This document shows positions 37,801-51,400 of a stretch of 64,000 bases of DNA, piece by piece. The notes below the pieces were generated by a model. It was not told the origin of the DNA. It did no database searches and worked only from the letters and a program-made list of their open reading frames with translations. Source of the DNA: Trichosphaerium sp. ATCC 40318. Its lineage: Eukaryota; Protista; Tubulinea. The first letter of the stretch is position 1. The number at the start of each line of letters is the position of its first letter. The position numbers were made by a program, and so were the translations under genes. The stretch is taken from NCBI GenBank assembly GCA_038496445.1, contig JALMLS010000138.1, forward strand, positions 248,001 to 312,000, in the 5' to 3' direction.

Positions 37801-40800
37801 ATGTCCCTTATTCCTCTAGGAGGTATTAATACAATCCAGGTGAGCCTAGAATTAGAAACTGGTACAATTGGGCGTGTCATATTAATTTATATCATAAAGT
37901 GCTATACAGAGGATGTAGTGCATCGCGCTGATGATCCAGAGTGTATTGGTGTCATTTCAAGGCTTGGCTGGGATTCTAGCGATGACGACAGTGACAGCGA
38001 CTTCGACGACGTACGTTTTAGCAACTTAATACGCTTATTGTGAATTTTTACAGTAAAACCATTCAAATAACTCTTGACGCGTGTATATCGTATTTACACG
38101 TCAAAGCGACTAAATTCCGCTGTATTACTTCAATTTCACTTAATTCTGCTCACAGTACTTGGATAATGGCCAAATACGCGTAACATGGCTCTCTAAGAAT
38201 TCTTCCGAATCAGAAGATGAAGAAGACCTTAATCCTAATGACATAAAAGTTGTTGACAGGTAAACTAGTAATTTTCTAAATGCTCACCTTTAGCTCTTCT
38301 GTTCTGTACTCTTTATCATTTTTCTTGTAGGTCGATAATGCCTGGTTACTGTGTAGCACTTGCGAGTGAACCTGAAGGTCAACTAGGCACAGTTTATGAT
38401 ACAACAATGTTCGTACGTCACGGGATTTTTTTTTGTATTCGTATTGTTGACAGATTGGTTATTTCTCGTTCTCACTTGACTAGAGTACTATAAAAATAAG
38501 CGGAGATAATCCTAGGGTACTCAATAATGTTCGTGGAGATAGTTTAACTCAAGTACACCCGTTTATTGTCGGTAAGAGTTGTATTTGAAAAGAAAAAAAA
38601 CCCCGCCAAATTAGGCCTAATTGTTTTTTTTAAAGAAAGTGTTGTACATCATGGTCAGTGGGTAGGAAAAGTCTCAGGGGTATGTTATATTATTATAAAT
38701 CAATATGAAGATAATATGAAACGTTATCATTACTATAGAATTGGGTGTCCGAGAGAAACTTTTCTTTCTTTTTTCTTTGTTTTTTTTGAAAAGAAACAAA
38801 CTGGTTTTTAACGTTTTTGCAGTGTTTGTCAGATGTAGAAGTTGTATTTCCTAATGGTGATACATGCATTTTTGAAGATGCTACTGCTGACTCAATGAAA
38901 GCAGTTGGTAATCCATATGAGCTAGTTGAAAATGATCATGCATTTGTACGTTTACAACAACAATCCCCTCACCAACGCATACTTGCTTTAAATACTTTCC
39001 AGTTTTGAATTTGAAGTGTTTTACGCCCATATTGATATTTATTTTACATGTGTACACCTCCATTAATTTATTATTTGGACAGCTTGAAGCACAGCGCGAT
39101 TTTTTTTTTGTTGTTGACATATTTGTTTTGTAGCCTATGTTTTACATTGGACAACAAGTTAAGAACTCTCAGAACGATTGGAAAAAAGCAAAGTGGTTAA
39201 CTGGTTCAGCCTTAGCAGGTAGGACAAAGGGTAAAGTATCAAAAGTTACACCAAAGTCTGTGATTTGCGACTGGATAGCAAAAGTACGAAAAAAACAAGA
39301 AAATGTTTTGTTGATATTGATTTTCCTCTCTTAGAGAAGTAAAAGTGGTGATGAACTAAATGATAATGATGTCCCTACAGAGTGTCTTAGGCCTTTAGAA
39401 GTTGAACCTTTGAATGTATTCGAGTCTGTAGAACACTGTTTAGGAGATCATGTTTTATACATTGAACGTAAGTAACAAATTTGTCTTCTTCTTATTGAAA
39501 ACATACTACGAACTACAACGCTATTCCAATACAAAACCAAACTGAAATTTCACTACATCCAATGTATTTTGCCTTTGGTTGTGGTCTAAATGCACAATTT
39601 GCAAACACTGCGGTCAATGTGAGCCACAAAAAAATACTTACTTTTTTTGTTCATAACCTGTATCTATTTTGGTTTTTCTTTTACTGTGTGATCACCATGG
39701 TGACTGCTATTGAACGTATTTATTATTTGAATGTAAATCAACCGTGGATATTTTGGTAGTTACAACATAATTACTAATACTCTCGTAGCTATTGAATTTA
39801 ATACTGTGAGTGAAGCCGAACAAGTTTTTTTAGAGTGCAATCTTGCTTCTAAATTCTCATCACCGAATACACCTATTCTAATGAAACAAAAAGAAAATAC
39901 AAATGAATGGTCTCTTATGTACGTTATACACAAAAAAGCTTCAAGAGGCACAAGACAAACCATAAAAATGAAAGGAAAAACACATTGTTATTTATTTTTT
40001 TCTGTTTCGCGTTTATCACCCCTTCTCTCTTCTATGTATATATTTAACATTTCCAATAGATTCTATAGAACGTGGGGAGATAGAGGAAAAACTACCTGTG
40101 AATACAGGTTCATCACAGATGGAAAGAAAAATGGTTTTAATACAAAGACAATAAGTATGTCACAACAAAGAAAATCGCATTTTTGATTCAACAAAAGACT
40201 AACATTTGCTGCGTTCATAGAATGTGCAGAACCATGTCTTATCACTCATACACGAACAGAGTGCTCTGTAATATGGCAAGATACTACAGTATCTCAGAAT
40301 ATTGATAGCAAGGATATAGTACCCAGAGATAATATTCTTGACAATGATTTTTGTCCTGGTGATATTGTCAAACAGCAGGTAAGCCTTTTACTCTTCTTCA
40401 TTTGAAGAACAAAACGTTTTCCAACAGAATATTGCTTTCTTAAAAATAAGACTTGGTGTCACTCAAGAAGCTATCCAAGACATCAAGATTGAATCTCTCT
40501 TCTCTGTCACTTGATTCAGTTTTTTTAATAATCTTATTTGTTTTGTTTATATCTTTGGCATTCGTTTGCTTACATTTTCGTTTGTAGCATGACAGTGATC
40601 CTAAAACGATGGATATGATGAGTTTTGGGCTTGTAGGAAAGGTTAACGCACCTGAAGGGATGTGCAGTGTCCTCTGGATTTCATGTGTACCACAAGACAG
40701 TTAGTTAAAAAACAATGTATATATTTTTTTTTACTTGACTTATGCGACTTTCTAGATGAATTTAATATCAATGTAACTTCTGAAGAAGCATCGATTTACA

Positions 40801-42808
40801 GTATCAGAGATCACCCTATTAATGATATACAAATTGGAGATATTGTGTTAGACATGGATTCAGGTTTAGATCCATTAAATTCTTTCAATGCTGGAAGAGT
40901 TATTGGTTCAAAAGGTAACCATTCTTCTGTCGCTGTATCTCAAAGGATTTTTTTCCATGCTTATTTCTTTTACCCCCTAGGACCCTTATTCATCATCGCT
41001 GCTCCTGTACCAGGCCATATTGGGTGTTTTAAAGTATTTGAAAGAGTTCCTTGTATAATAATGAAACTAGACTTTGTACATTCGATTGAACTATTTCAAG
41101 GCATCTAACTCGTTCTGTAGGATAATGCAAACGCTGATGTAGATGAATATGAGGATGACGATTCTAGTGATGAAGAAGAAGAGGATGATAGTGATGACGA
41201 TGAAGAGCAAGAAGAGCAACAGAACAAGGGCTGCGATTTTTTGGCACCTTGTGGTATTTCTTCATCAAGTTTTTTGTTTTGTCAGTTTGGGCTTACTTTC
41301 TATGCTAAGGTCAAGGCGATGATCCTCTAGCAGTATTCTCTATTGTTGAGTGCGAGCCTCCAGTATTGTTTTATCCTAAATGGAAGCAATCTGTACCACC
41401 TGCGTTTGGAAAGACGATTGTTAAAGAATTCAAGTTGTTACAGTCAAGCCAACTTGAACATATGCATATAAGAGGTACGAAAGATATTTAGAAATACAAT
41501 AATATATTAAATTCAAGAGTATGAAAACCCAACGTGTTGCAGAAAGCAGTAACATTGAGTTTCAACCAAAAAAAAAAAGAAGAAAATTTTGAGAATTTAT
41601 TTTGTGCCTCAGCTTTACCTCGCATCATCTGAAATACCATAATATTGCCATATCATTGTTATACCTTGATCTTTACTTGCTTTTTGTCTAATGTGCTTTT
41701 TTTTGACAGTTTTTGAATCACGTACTGAAGTTTTCCGTGTAATGATGTTTGGATCAGAAGGAACACCTTACTTTTGTTCAATATTTTCTTTTGAGATTGG
41801 ATTACCAGCTAGTTACCCTTATAGACCACCAAAGGTTCATTATTTCTCCAGAGGGCCAAAACTTAACCCAAATTTATATGAAGAAGGGCGAGTTTGTTGT
41901 ACGTTTTTTCCTTTCTGAACCGTAAAAAAATTCTTAGAATTTCTCTTGTTTCCCTCAACCCAGAGATCTTTTTTTAACCCACTTTGTTAAAATACATCTA
42001 TTTATTCTTATATAATCTACTTTTCATTCAAATGATCATTCAGCATTTCTTTCTCTCTACACAATTCGAAGAGTTTTAATTTTTTTTTACTGGTTATTTA
42101 CTTCTAAAAACATAGTGAGTCTTCTTGGTACATGGCAAGGCAAGGGTACTGAATTGTGGGATTCAGAGCAATCTAATATATTACAATTACTATTAAGTAT
42201 ACAAGGGTTGATATTAGGACAACGAGAACCTTATTTTCTAGAAGCAGGATATGACAAACAACGAGGAACAAAGCAGGTATTTAAACTTGTATTTCATTGA
42301 AAACTGTTTGAAGAATCTAAGAATACACGTGCACACGTGAAGTACATTTGCTTTAATGTGAGCGCAAACGCCATATACTACACACAAGAAGTTTAAGATT
42401 GTGTTGGTGTAGTGTGCCATGGACGAGCTTACAACAAGAACCTTTGAATACATTTTTTTAGCTATGAAAAACAAACGCTGACACCTTTGTTTAGGGTATT
42501 ATAAATGCAAGATACTACAACGAAAGGGCTTTGATAGGGTCTCTAGAAACTTTATATAATCACATAAGCGTTCCACAACCACTTTTCATCGATGCAGTAT
42601 CAGAACACTTTAAGAAATCTACAAAAAATTAAGATCACTTTATTCTTCTTATAAAACATATGAGTCTTCTGGTGTTTCTGGATGTAGTAAAGATGATATA
42701 GATATATCTGATTCTTTTGGTGTTTCTATTACAAGTAATCCTACAAAAGGTTTTTTAAAGCAGTTTTTTATTGTATGGAAAAAACTGGATGGATGTATGT
42801 CTAAATAA
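37801..42808 (+). CDS. UBE2O: UBE2O/PHO2-like large E2 ubiquitin-conjugating enzyme
   Basis: N-terminal EDVV and DRSIMPG blocks; UBC domain GSEGTPY...[10 protein letters not shown]...[12 protein letters not shown](L)SLLGTWQG...QLLLSIQGL...EPYFLEAGY; the last exon needs +1 A near 42628 to reach the KGF block. Confidence 0.88.
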
Positions 42809-43312
42809 ATCAGTTTACAGATTGTTTATTTTTAAGTTTCTTTGTCTTCATTTACCAACAGACACCTTATCCCAAAATAACCTTCTCCAGTTGACACCCA
42901 ATAACTCCTTTGGTCTACAACAGAATGAAGAACAAGGTTTCAACCTTAAGGTACACTTCCGTCAAGTACATGGTGCTAATGAGCTCACACAAATTTTACT
43001 GTCAGGTGAACCACATCTGCTTCTTTTATCTATCCACACCAATGCACCTCAAAAAAAGGTAATATGACCAAATACATAGCTGATTAGAACTAAAAGTTCC
43101 TGTTGTTTAAGTAGCAAATATGTCAAACAGAACAAATTATTTAGTGTTGTAAACTTAATATTCTCCGGACTTGTTATTACTTAGGAACACTCTAATTACT
43201 AGTCATTTCTCACTAGTAGTTTGCCATACAAAGACTAGAGTGTTCAAAAAAAGGATAGGTAAATGCATTGAAGATTTATTGGTTAGAAACTGGGTTAGTA
43301 GACGAGTTATGA

Positions 43313-43985
43313 TCAGTCCTCTAATGTCACTCCTTTGTACTTCGCACTTCCTGCAGAGAAAAGTCTCCAACAAAATTGTACGCTGTCTATCTCCTGTTCA
43401 AAGCCGTGACATCCTGCAAGGTGTTTTGGCAAAATAACAGGGTCATCATTTTCATATTCTTTTTCAATGTCATGGTTGCTGTTTTCTAATGTTACAACCT
43501 TGTAAGGAGTGCTTCTTCTGTATATAGTTCGATAACAGAAGTACGCTTTCTCAATTTGGTTCTTGAAACCATAGATACCCTTGAAATCACGTGGTCTACG
43601 AAAAATAACAACGTAAGTTAAAAATAAAACACAAAATAACTCTTCACCGAAGAACACGTGGATAAAAACGTGTTTTTGTTTTGTACCTAAATTCAGGTTC
43701 AAGGACAGGCACGTTTTCGTGTTTAACAACTTCTACAGTAAGCGCTCTGCGGGATTTGCCTTCTACATCGTCCATACGACGCCAACAGAATTTCGTGTTG
43801 GTTACACCTTTGCGGTAGCCGTTAACAGATAGTAGTTGCGTTGGGAGTATATTTGTTAGTTCTCCTGACGGTGTTTGTTTTTTTGCAGCTTTAGGCGTTC
43901 TTGAGCCTGTTCTTGCTACCCTCTTTGAGCCAGTACGAGATCCTGTTCTTGAAGAAGTACCGGAGCCTGTTCTCGTGGTTGCCAT
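43313..43985 (-). CDS. Hypothetical protein: basic RTGS-repeat N-terminus plus a threefold internal repeat (possible beta-prism)
   Basis: Two overlapping ORFs joined by one intron; three G..G(Y/F)....(F)C(W/Y)R segments. Confidence 0.6.
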
Positions 43986-44296
43986 GCTTGTGGTATAGAT
44001 TAAAAGTCTGCTTAAACTAATTAAGTGCACAAAATCGTATCTTTCTTTTTGTACCGACGTGTCCTAGTTAATGAATTTTTCACTAGGCTTCCTTCTTATG
44101 CTGTAATTTAGGGTCATTTTCTCACACTCTGAGAGCTCTCAGGTGATACCATCACCTAGTTAAAAAAAAATCCAAGCTCGAAAAGATGACCGTTTGGTTG
44201 TACTAGGAAGGCTGCTGCTTCATTCAATAACATAAGCTTGAGCGCTATAGTGTAAAAAACTCTTTTGCTACCCTCCACATTCCCAGTAAAACGGGC

Positions 44297-44830
44297 ATGG
44301 ATTTGACCTGAAATAACGTTGGCGCTACTTCAGCTTTTTCGGGACGGTTTGTGAACATAGGTAACCCTTTGCAACTCTGGCTATACCATTAGTGTATCCT
44401 TATATAGTACTTACGCGAGCATTCGGCCAGAAAGTCACGCGTGCTACGAATTGGGTGTTACATGAGATTAATTTATCAGAAACAAAAGTAACAGATGATG
44501 GGATTAAAGGTGTTATCACGTGTACACAATATAAAACTGAGCTGTTGCAAATCAATAACAGATGAAGGTATTAAAGCACTGGAAATGTATACGATATTAA
44601 TTTAGAACATTGATTGTAACTGACGAGGATAGACTAACACATACCATATCACTGTCATATTGAGAACATATAACAGACGAAGCATGAAAGCATTAGTAGG
44701 TATCATATTGGGTGGTTGTAAATACATAACAGACAAGCACTAAAGCACTAACCAACGCATATGATGTTTCTTTACAAGGAACAAACAATTTACGAGATAC
44801 AGGTTTGGGCATTAGCGGAGTGTACCAATT
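44297..44830 (+). pseudogene. Heavily decayed F-box/LRR pseudogene
   Basis: Frameshifted remnants LHEINLSETKVTDDGIK, VHNIKLSCCKSITDEGIKAL, ITDKH/ITDEA units. Confidence 0.7.
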
Positions 44831-45197
44831 ATTCGTTTGAGTGATTGTGCAGTAACATGTGTGCTTCATTGGAGTATCTAAGACATAACTCATCAGTCGT
44901 TTAAATTACTACAAACTAAAATACACAAAAAAAAATGTGCAAACGGAAAATGTTGTGGTCACTTTGCACCCCAAAGTTCAACTTTTAACTAATCACACTT
45001 GTGATTGTAATAATAAACAGTAACGTTATACTTCAAACGTAGATACACTTCTATTAATTTTTTTATTTGGTGATTAAGTGAACAAACACTGCGTTTCTCT
45101 TTTTGAACAAAAACAAAAAACTTAAAAAAGCATCTTATTATTGTTCGAAAAGAATTGAATGTCAGAGTTCGCTGTCATAAGCTGGGCTTCGTAAAAT

Positions 45198-46157
45198 CTA
45201 GTTTTGGAAAACCATTGTGGCATCTAATTCGTAGCAATGAGATTGGCAAGCAGCGGTACATTGGTATGCAGTCCTAGAGATGGAACGTGAGTTTTTTTTA
45301 AATGTCTAAAAAAAAAAAGAAAAGCGTTCAACGATGTGGTAACGCTAGAAAACTCTTTTTTTCTTCAATATTGAGCGAGATATCTTACATATCAGTACAG
45401 TAGTAAACATCTAAATAGTACATAAGCACAACGAAACCAAACATAGAGAAAAATGATACAGAAAAAAAAAAAAAAAAAAAAAGAAAAAAGATATTTCTAA
45501 TTTGTTCCCGTTTTAATCGAGACAATAACGAGATATTAACTCGTTTACGCTATAGCGTGCTTTGAGTATACTCATTATAGTGGCTGAACGACATGTATTT
45601 TAAAAACAAAGAGGTAACCGCGTTTAAGGCGTATGAACGTACGTTCTTTTGTTTGTCCTACTTTGTTACAGAGTGGTGGGGTGTTACCAGTCTCATCAAA
45701 TTCACCAGAGTCAGGAAGACAAAGACGACCTCCTTTAGCTTTCAAATGAGCGCATTGTCTAATATAAAAGTGAGTCTCTACGCCCAAACAACGACAAAAA
45801 CGCGAAAGGAAAAAAAAAGATAATCAAAATTGAAATTAAATAATCACGTGATATCAAAACGACGTCTTCAAAAGAAGAAAGAACAAGATATCCTAAGCAA
45901 AGGGCAAATTATTTTGTTCAAAATGCGTACTCTACTGTTTGGACGAGAGCGTGTCTTTGGGCATCATTACAGGCATCCATGAAGCTTTCGCAGCTGGTGG
46001 AGATACCACAACCGGAGACGACAGTTTCGTTACATGAGAAAAGAGCCAATGGTGGTCTCTCTGGAGGGAAGGTAATAGTTGCGGTTTCTGGTTCGAAGTA
46101 GTTCGAGGCAGAAGCGAACGCAATGGCGGCAACAAGAAGTAATAAAAGATATTTCAT
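45198..46157 (-). CDS. Small secreted Cys-rich protein
   Basis: Signal peptide MKYLLLLLVAAIAFASA; Cys-rich exons (CGISTSCESFMDAC, LCLPDSG...PLCNK, YYCTDMTAYQCTAACQSHC); internal splicing partly uncertain. Confidence 0.65.
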
Positions 46158-47092
46158 AGCAGTAGAGTTATCTAGATATGAGACGAGCTGTTGTTGTAAC
46201 TTGTTTTGACTTGCTGTAAAAAAGTGAACATTCACGTTTTGGCTAGATTCACAATCTGATCTTTCAAAGGTGATATACAGTATTCTGAAGCCTTGGAATT
46301 GTATTTATTCGGTATTTAAGGTGATACGTAATCTCGAAGCCAATTTTTTTTGTGGTCAGAATTACTACAAGTATTTCAAGCCTCAAAGCAACAGATTGTC
46401 AACGAGTCATCGCTCCCACGCTGAACTAACGCTGATATATTACAGTTAACCTATCGACTCCTTTTGCGATAATAGTACAACACAAACAATTGTCAATTAG
46501 CGCTTAAATTATCACATGTGCTATGTAAAAATGCTTTCAAGCAAAATTTATTTCGCAGTCGCAAACAAAAGCCAAAACCCTTTCCGGAATACTAATGGTG
46601 CCAGTACGCAATCAAGGCTTACTTTCGGACTTGACAACAGCGAAAAACTTTCTTACCTTGACCACCGGGATAGTGTAGAGCTGTTTACAGTAGCGAGTGA
46701 AGTTGAAAAAACATTCCTAAATGCTCACGTGAGGAGTTAAAAGTTGTTTTTACATTTGACATATACCACTGACTTGGTAAGCTCCTTTAGTGTGCTGCCT
46801 TGTCGTACATGACAGCTTGTTAGTTTTTTCTCAACATTCGCATGTTCTCTTTTTGGAGTTGCAGCCTTCGTTTTCAACAATGCATGAACGTTTTAGTCAC
46901 GAAGTGCTTTTTTTTTTTTGGAAAAGCACCAAAACTTTGGGCTTTTTTCGGCAGCAATGGGCACGTAAATTAATAAACTACAAACCAACCCGTTTACAAA
47001 TCACATGAGAAGCAAGCGACTACTCGTGAAAGGCAAACAAAGCATCGTTTTATAAATAGTCCAAAATAATTTGCTTACATGTGTACAGTCTA

Positions 47093-48314
47093 TCAATTTC
47101 CGAATATCAGAGCAGCTGCATAAGCACATGGTGCAAATATGAATATCAAAGGGATAACAAGGAATATGACACCAGCAAGTTGAAGTCCTCGTATACCTGA
47201 CAAGGGTTAGTTAACTGAAAAACAAAAAAGGAAAATAAAACCAACGATTTAAATGCATTAACAGTACCTGTCTTTCTCATTTGAAAGTATATTTGAGGAG
47301 GTTCTGTCTCAGTACCGTCCGTTACTAGTCTTATTCTAAGAGAGAACTCTGTCGGTGACTGTGAAAGAGAGTGAGAACGAAAGTTTTGAAGGCGAAACTG
47401 AAAAAAGACAAAAAGCACTTACAGAATAAACATTCCTTTTGAACGCTGTTGAGGAAAAATCCTGGGTTGCTGTACGCTTACAACTTGCTGTAATACATCC
47501 TGTTTCTCTATTATCCACATAGGAGAAAGATTTTCCTTCTGGTACAGCGTTTCTAATACTTGTAAAAGTAGGAGCTAAGATGGGTTTAGTTGAAGTTGTG
47601 CATTTGCTCCAAAAAAAAAAAAATGAAAAGATCATACTGCTGATGAAAATCGATGTAGCCAATACCAACTCTGTTCGTGATAAACCATTAATGGTTGAAG
47701 ATACTCTACCTACAGTACATTTTAAGGCTCTATAGATTGGAACGGTTTGCAACAACAAAAGCTGTCAAAGTGGTAGTTTTCGCTGTCAATTCGCTCGTTT
47801 TCGACCAACGACGCTGTGTTAGGCGAAATAAGGCAATAAATAAATTCGGCTTATTGGAGGTATGTTGGGGGTCGAGAATCACAAGGCGTACCCTCTATTA
47901 CTGCGTCGCGTGGGTAAAGGTACGTCGCCTTAAACCTTTTTCCAGATTTACTAGAGTCTAAAAACACGTCAAAGTCGCCTGAAACCTCTTGTGGTTCTGT
48001 CACATCAGGGCAGGTTGGGTTTTGTGCTGTTAATGGTACAGAAACGTATGTCGGGTTTGTTGTGTTATCAACAGGGCACAACGGTATGCTATTCGTTTCT
48101 TAATATTGGTTTTAAACAAGTTTGGAAAGTACGCGTAATAAGGTGTTTCATTCGTTCCAAGGCTTCCAATAACGACTAATGGTATTCCTAAAAACACTGT
48201 TAGCGCTTTTGGAGCAGTTTAAAGTATTGTACCTATAATAAGGCAAACAGGGAGTAGAATGACTCCAATGACGATCATTATCATCCAGGCACCACAAGCA
48301 TGACCGCAGAACAT
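47093..48314 (-). CDS. Hypothetical two-TM membrane protein with a large Cys-containing loop
   Basis: N-terminal TM WMIMIVIGVILLPVCLIIGIPLVVIGSL; C-terminal TM LAGVIFLVIPLIFIFAPCAYAAALIFGN*; intervening spliced exons not fully resolved. Confidence 0.6.
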
Positions 48315-48409
48315 TGTAGGCTACTGTGGTTCTCTTGACACAATAGAAAAAAAAAAAAAGCGACAGTTAAGTCAGATTTTGGACATTTGTTTAAGGGGCA
48401 CCAAAACTA
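48315..48409. promoter_or_regulatory. Putative bidirectional promoter (95 bp between divergent ATGs)
   Basis: ATG 48314(-) and ATG 48410(+); poly-A tract in the spacer. Confidence 0.45.
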
Positions 48410-51400
48410 ATGAGTGAAACCCAGGTGCGGTTGAATATATACGATCTATATGAGCTTCGTAAGCTCAATAAATTTGCTCTACCACTCGGGTTTGGAGCTT
48501 TTCATAGCGGTGTAGAAGGTAAGTTAATAATATCACGTGACTTGAGATAAAACACGTGTACTTCAACCATACTCTATCGAAAAAATAGGCCGGCGTTTTT
48601 TGGTTTTTGTTTGTTTTTTTTTTTTGATTTAGGGCTCACAATGTAAAATTCTAAGCCGGAGGTTTGTTTATTGTAAATTTGAGCGTTTATAAGTACTCAT
48701 AACAAGTTGTTTGTATTTATTATTACTTTTATAGTCTTTGGTCTGGAGTTTAGCTTTGGTTTCCCTCATGGTACGCTTGTTTTTTTAATAGTATAAATGA
48801 TGACATACAAGTCCGGGGAAAGCGGATTATTGGAGAAAAAAAAAAGCCCAAACTTGTCCCCATGTTCTTTCATATTTGTTTTCAAAATTAGATGGTTTTT
48901 TTAAAATCTAGTTGTAACAAAGGAATGACATTCCTGCTTTGTCTTTCGGGTTGATTTTGCGTAAGATGATTTTATAACTTACTTTAATTGTATCAAGGTG
49001 TATTCGCTATTCAACCACGGACGGCGCCTAATGCTAGGTTTAAGACGTCGATAAAAATGGGCAAAGTAAGTTTGTTTAGTATTTTTTTTTTTTGATTTTT
49101 TTTTAAATCTATTTGCGTGTTGTCTCTCTTTGGTGTATGTACTTTAATGCAATTTTGTTTTCTGTTTTGAATTACTCCTTTTGTAATAAAAACCGATAGC
49201 ACAAGTGATTTAGTTTTTTGTATTCAAAGAGAAGATCAAACAAGATCAAAATGACGGCATATCAATACTTCCGGTTTTTTTTCAAGTCGTATTTCTTTTA
49301 ATACTCCGTTCTTACACTTCACGTGATATTAATACCGTTACTAATTATATTATTCAATAGATAAATTTACAACGTACCCGTGTAAAAGAATTACTAGTCA
49401 CAGCAAGGTACGCCATAGATTATTTCTTTGAAGTTTGGGTTTTATCGAATCGTACAATCGAAAAAAAAAAATCGGTTAGTTTCGCGATTTTAAAAGGAAC
49501 CTTATTGGGAAATTTATCCTTAATTTATCGTTATACAAGCGCTGTGACACGATTAATACTATTTCTTTTGATTTTAATTGAGAATTTTTCTGATAACATC
49601 GCAATAAAGGGATTGCTTTCCTCCGGAAGATTATCATATTCTAAACAAGAATTGTCATCATTTCTGTGACTTGGTTTGTCAGTTACTTGTAAATAAGAGC
49701 ATACCAAAATACCTAAATAAGCTGCCTAAATTCGTATCATATTTCGCTACACTTATACCAACAGAGAAACTAGCACCGGTAAGAAACCAACCAAAAAACA
49801 AAAAAAAAAAAAAAAGGAAGCCAAGGAAAATCTCATCCCTTCTTTTTGTCCTCACCTCTACAAAACAAAAATCATACCACCTTTATAGAATATGTAACGT
49901 TTTAACGCACAAGAGCGTAAAAACGTTCTCGCTAGATTTGAAAGTTTGACACTCGATATATCACGTGATTGTTAACAAAAAGAACCTAGACAATACCGAG
50001 TGGCGATAAGGAAGAACTTGCTACTTATGATGCCTTTGCGTATTTCACGTCATCAGACGAAGATGATGATGAGAGCGATTTATTTTCGCCTCCACAGGTT
50101 ACAGACGAAGATATATTCGGAACGCAAGACACAGAAACAGAGGTATTTTTTGTCTTTCAAACATTTTCACTGAAGTTAAACACGACACTCATTCTTTTTG
50201 GTTTAGGAGGGAGAGAGTTTTATGGATTTTGTTCAATTTCTTGAAATAGAACGTAATAAATATAAGGAAGAAAATAATGAAGAAGTAAGCACAGTAAGTA
50301 AGAAAGAGAGTAAGAAGGAAAGTAAGAAAACAGCCAAAAAAGCAGCAAAATTATCTAAAAAATCTGAAATGGGCGGAAGCTTCTTTTTAAAGAAGAAGAA
50401 TAGAAAAAATAGATCTTATTCTGTTGGACTTGGTGCAGATTATAATGGAAAGAAACATTCAAGAAAGTCAGGATCATGGGATGGATCAGAAAGGAATCGC
50501 ATTGCAAAACCTAAATTTAAAAGCGGTTTTAAGTCATGTGATGCCTCTTCAGAGTCAGAAGAAGAATCTCCTCCAAAGTCATTTGCTGAACGAAAACATG
50601 CTACACACTCTAAACTAGTATGTATCAAGTGCATATTCGCATATTTAATTCCTATTAGATTGCTTCGAGACGACATACAACGTCAAATGATTCAAAGATA
50701 AAATTTGATTCAACAGTTTTAGACACTTCTTCGAGGTCTTCACCAAGAAAACGAAGAGTGCGCTCCAGGTGTATGAAAGATATCGCTTCTAACATTCCAC
50801 ACAGACTACTTCTGGAAATGTTGGCTCTCCTCTGAGATCAAAGCTTGTAAAGAGTCCACCAAGAAGCAGAAAAGAAATCCAAAAAATGAAAAAGGTACAT
50901 TTACATTTAGAAGAAAAAAATCCTCATGTTATGATTCTCCGAAGGTAATGCGCGCTAAATCTAATGAGCGTAAAAAATCCAAAGATAAGGGATATGATCT
51001 TAATGATAGAGAGTTATTCTCCGCACCACTGGGAAAGGTATAAAAAAAAAAGTCAATTCAGTTTTTGGCTTCATTTTCCTTCCGTCACTTCCCTCCTAAC
51101 CTATTCATGTGCTAGAAGGCTAAACATGGTACTGGTACAAGAGGATTTTTGGAGTTTTCTAAGCCAGAAATAAATTATCAAGTGACACGTATAACAAAGA
51201 AAACACCTGTAAGAACAATGAAGTTTGTTTATGAATGTGATATTTATCTTCATAATATCACCGATGAAGATCAAGAGCTCGCTCATGTTTTACGTCAACT
51301 TTCTAAAGAGATACCTAATCAAGATGGTAAACTCATTGCGTTAAATACAATGGTACAAATCATTTCAAAAAAGAACACAAAAAAGATCCAACATCAATCT

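Noticed and set aside
42621-42632. Premature TAA in the last UBE2O exon (pseudogene or programmed frameshift?)
   Set aside because: Adding one A to the A-run restores a long frame ending PTKGFLKQF...; most likely a homopolymer assembly error.
48796-48840. Intronic ATGATGA as a possible C/D snoRNA C box
   Set aside because: No suitably placed CTGA D box or terminal stem.
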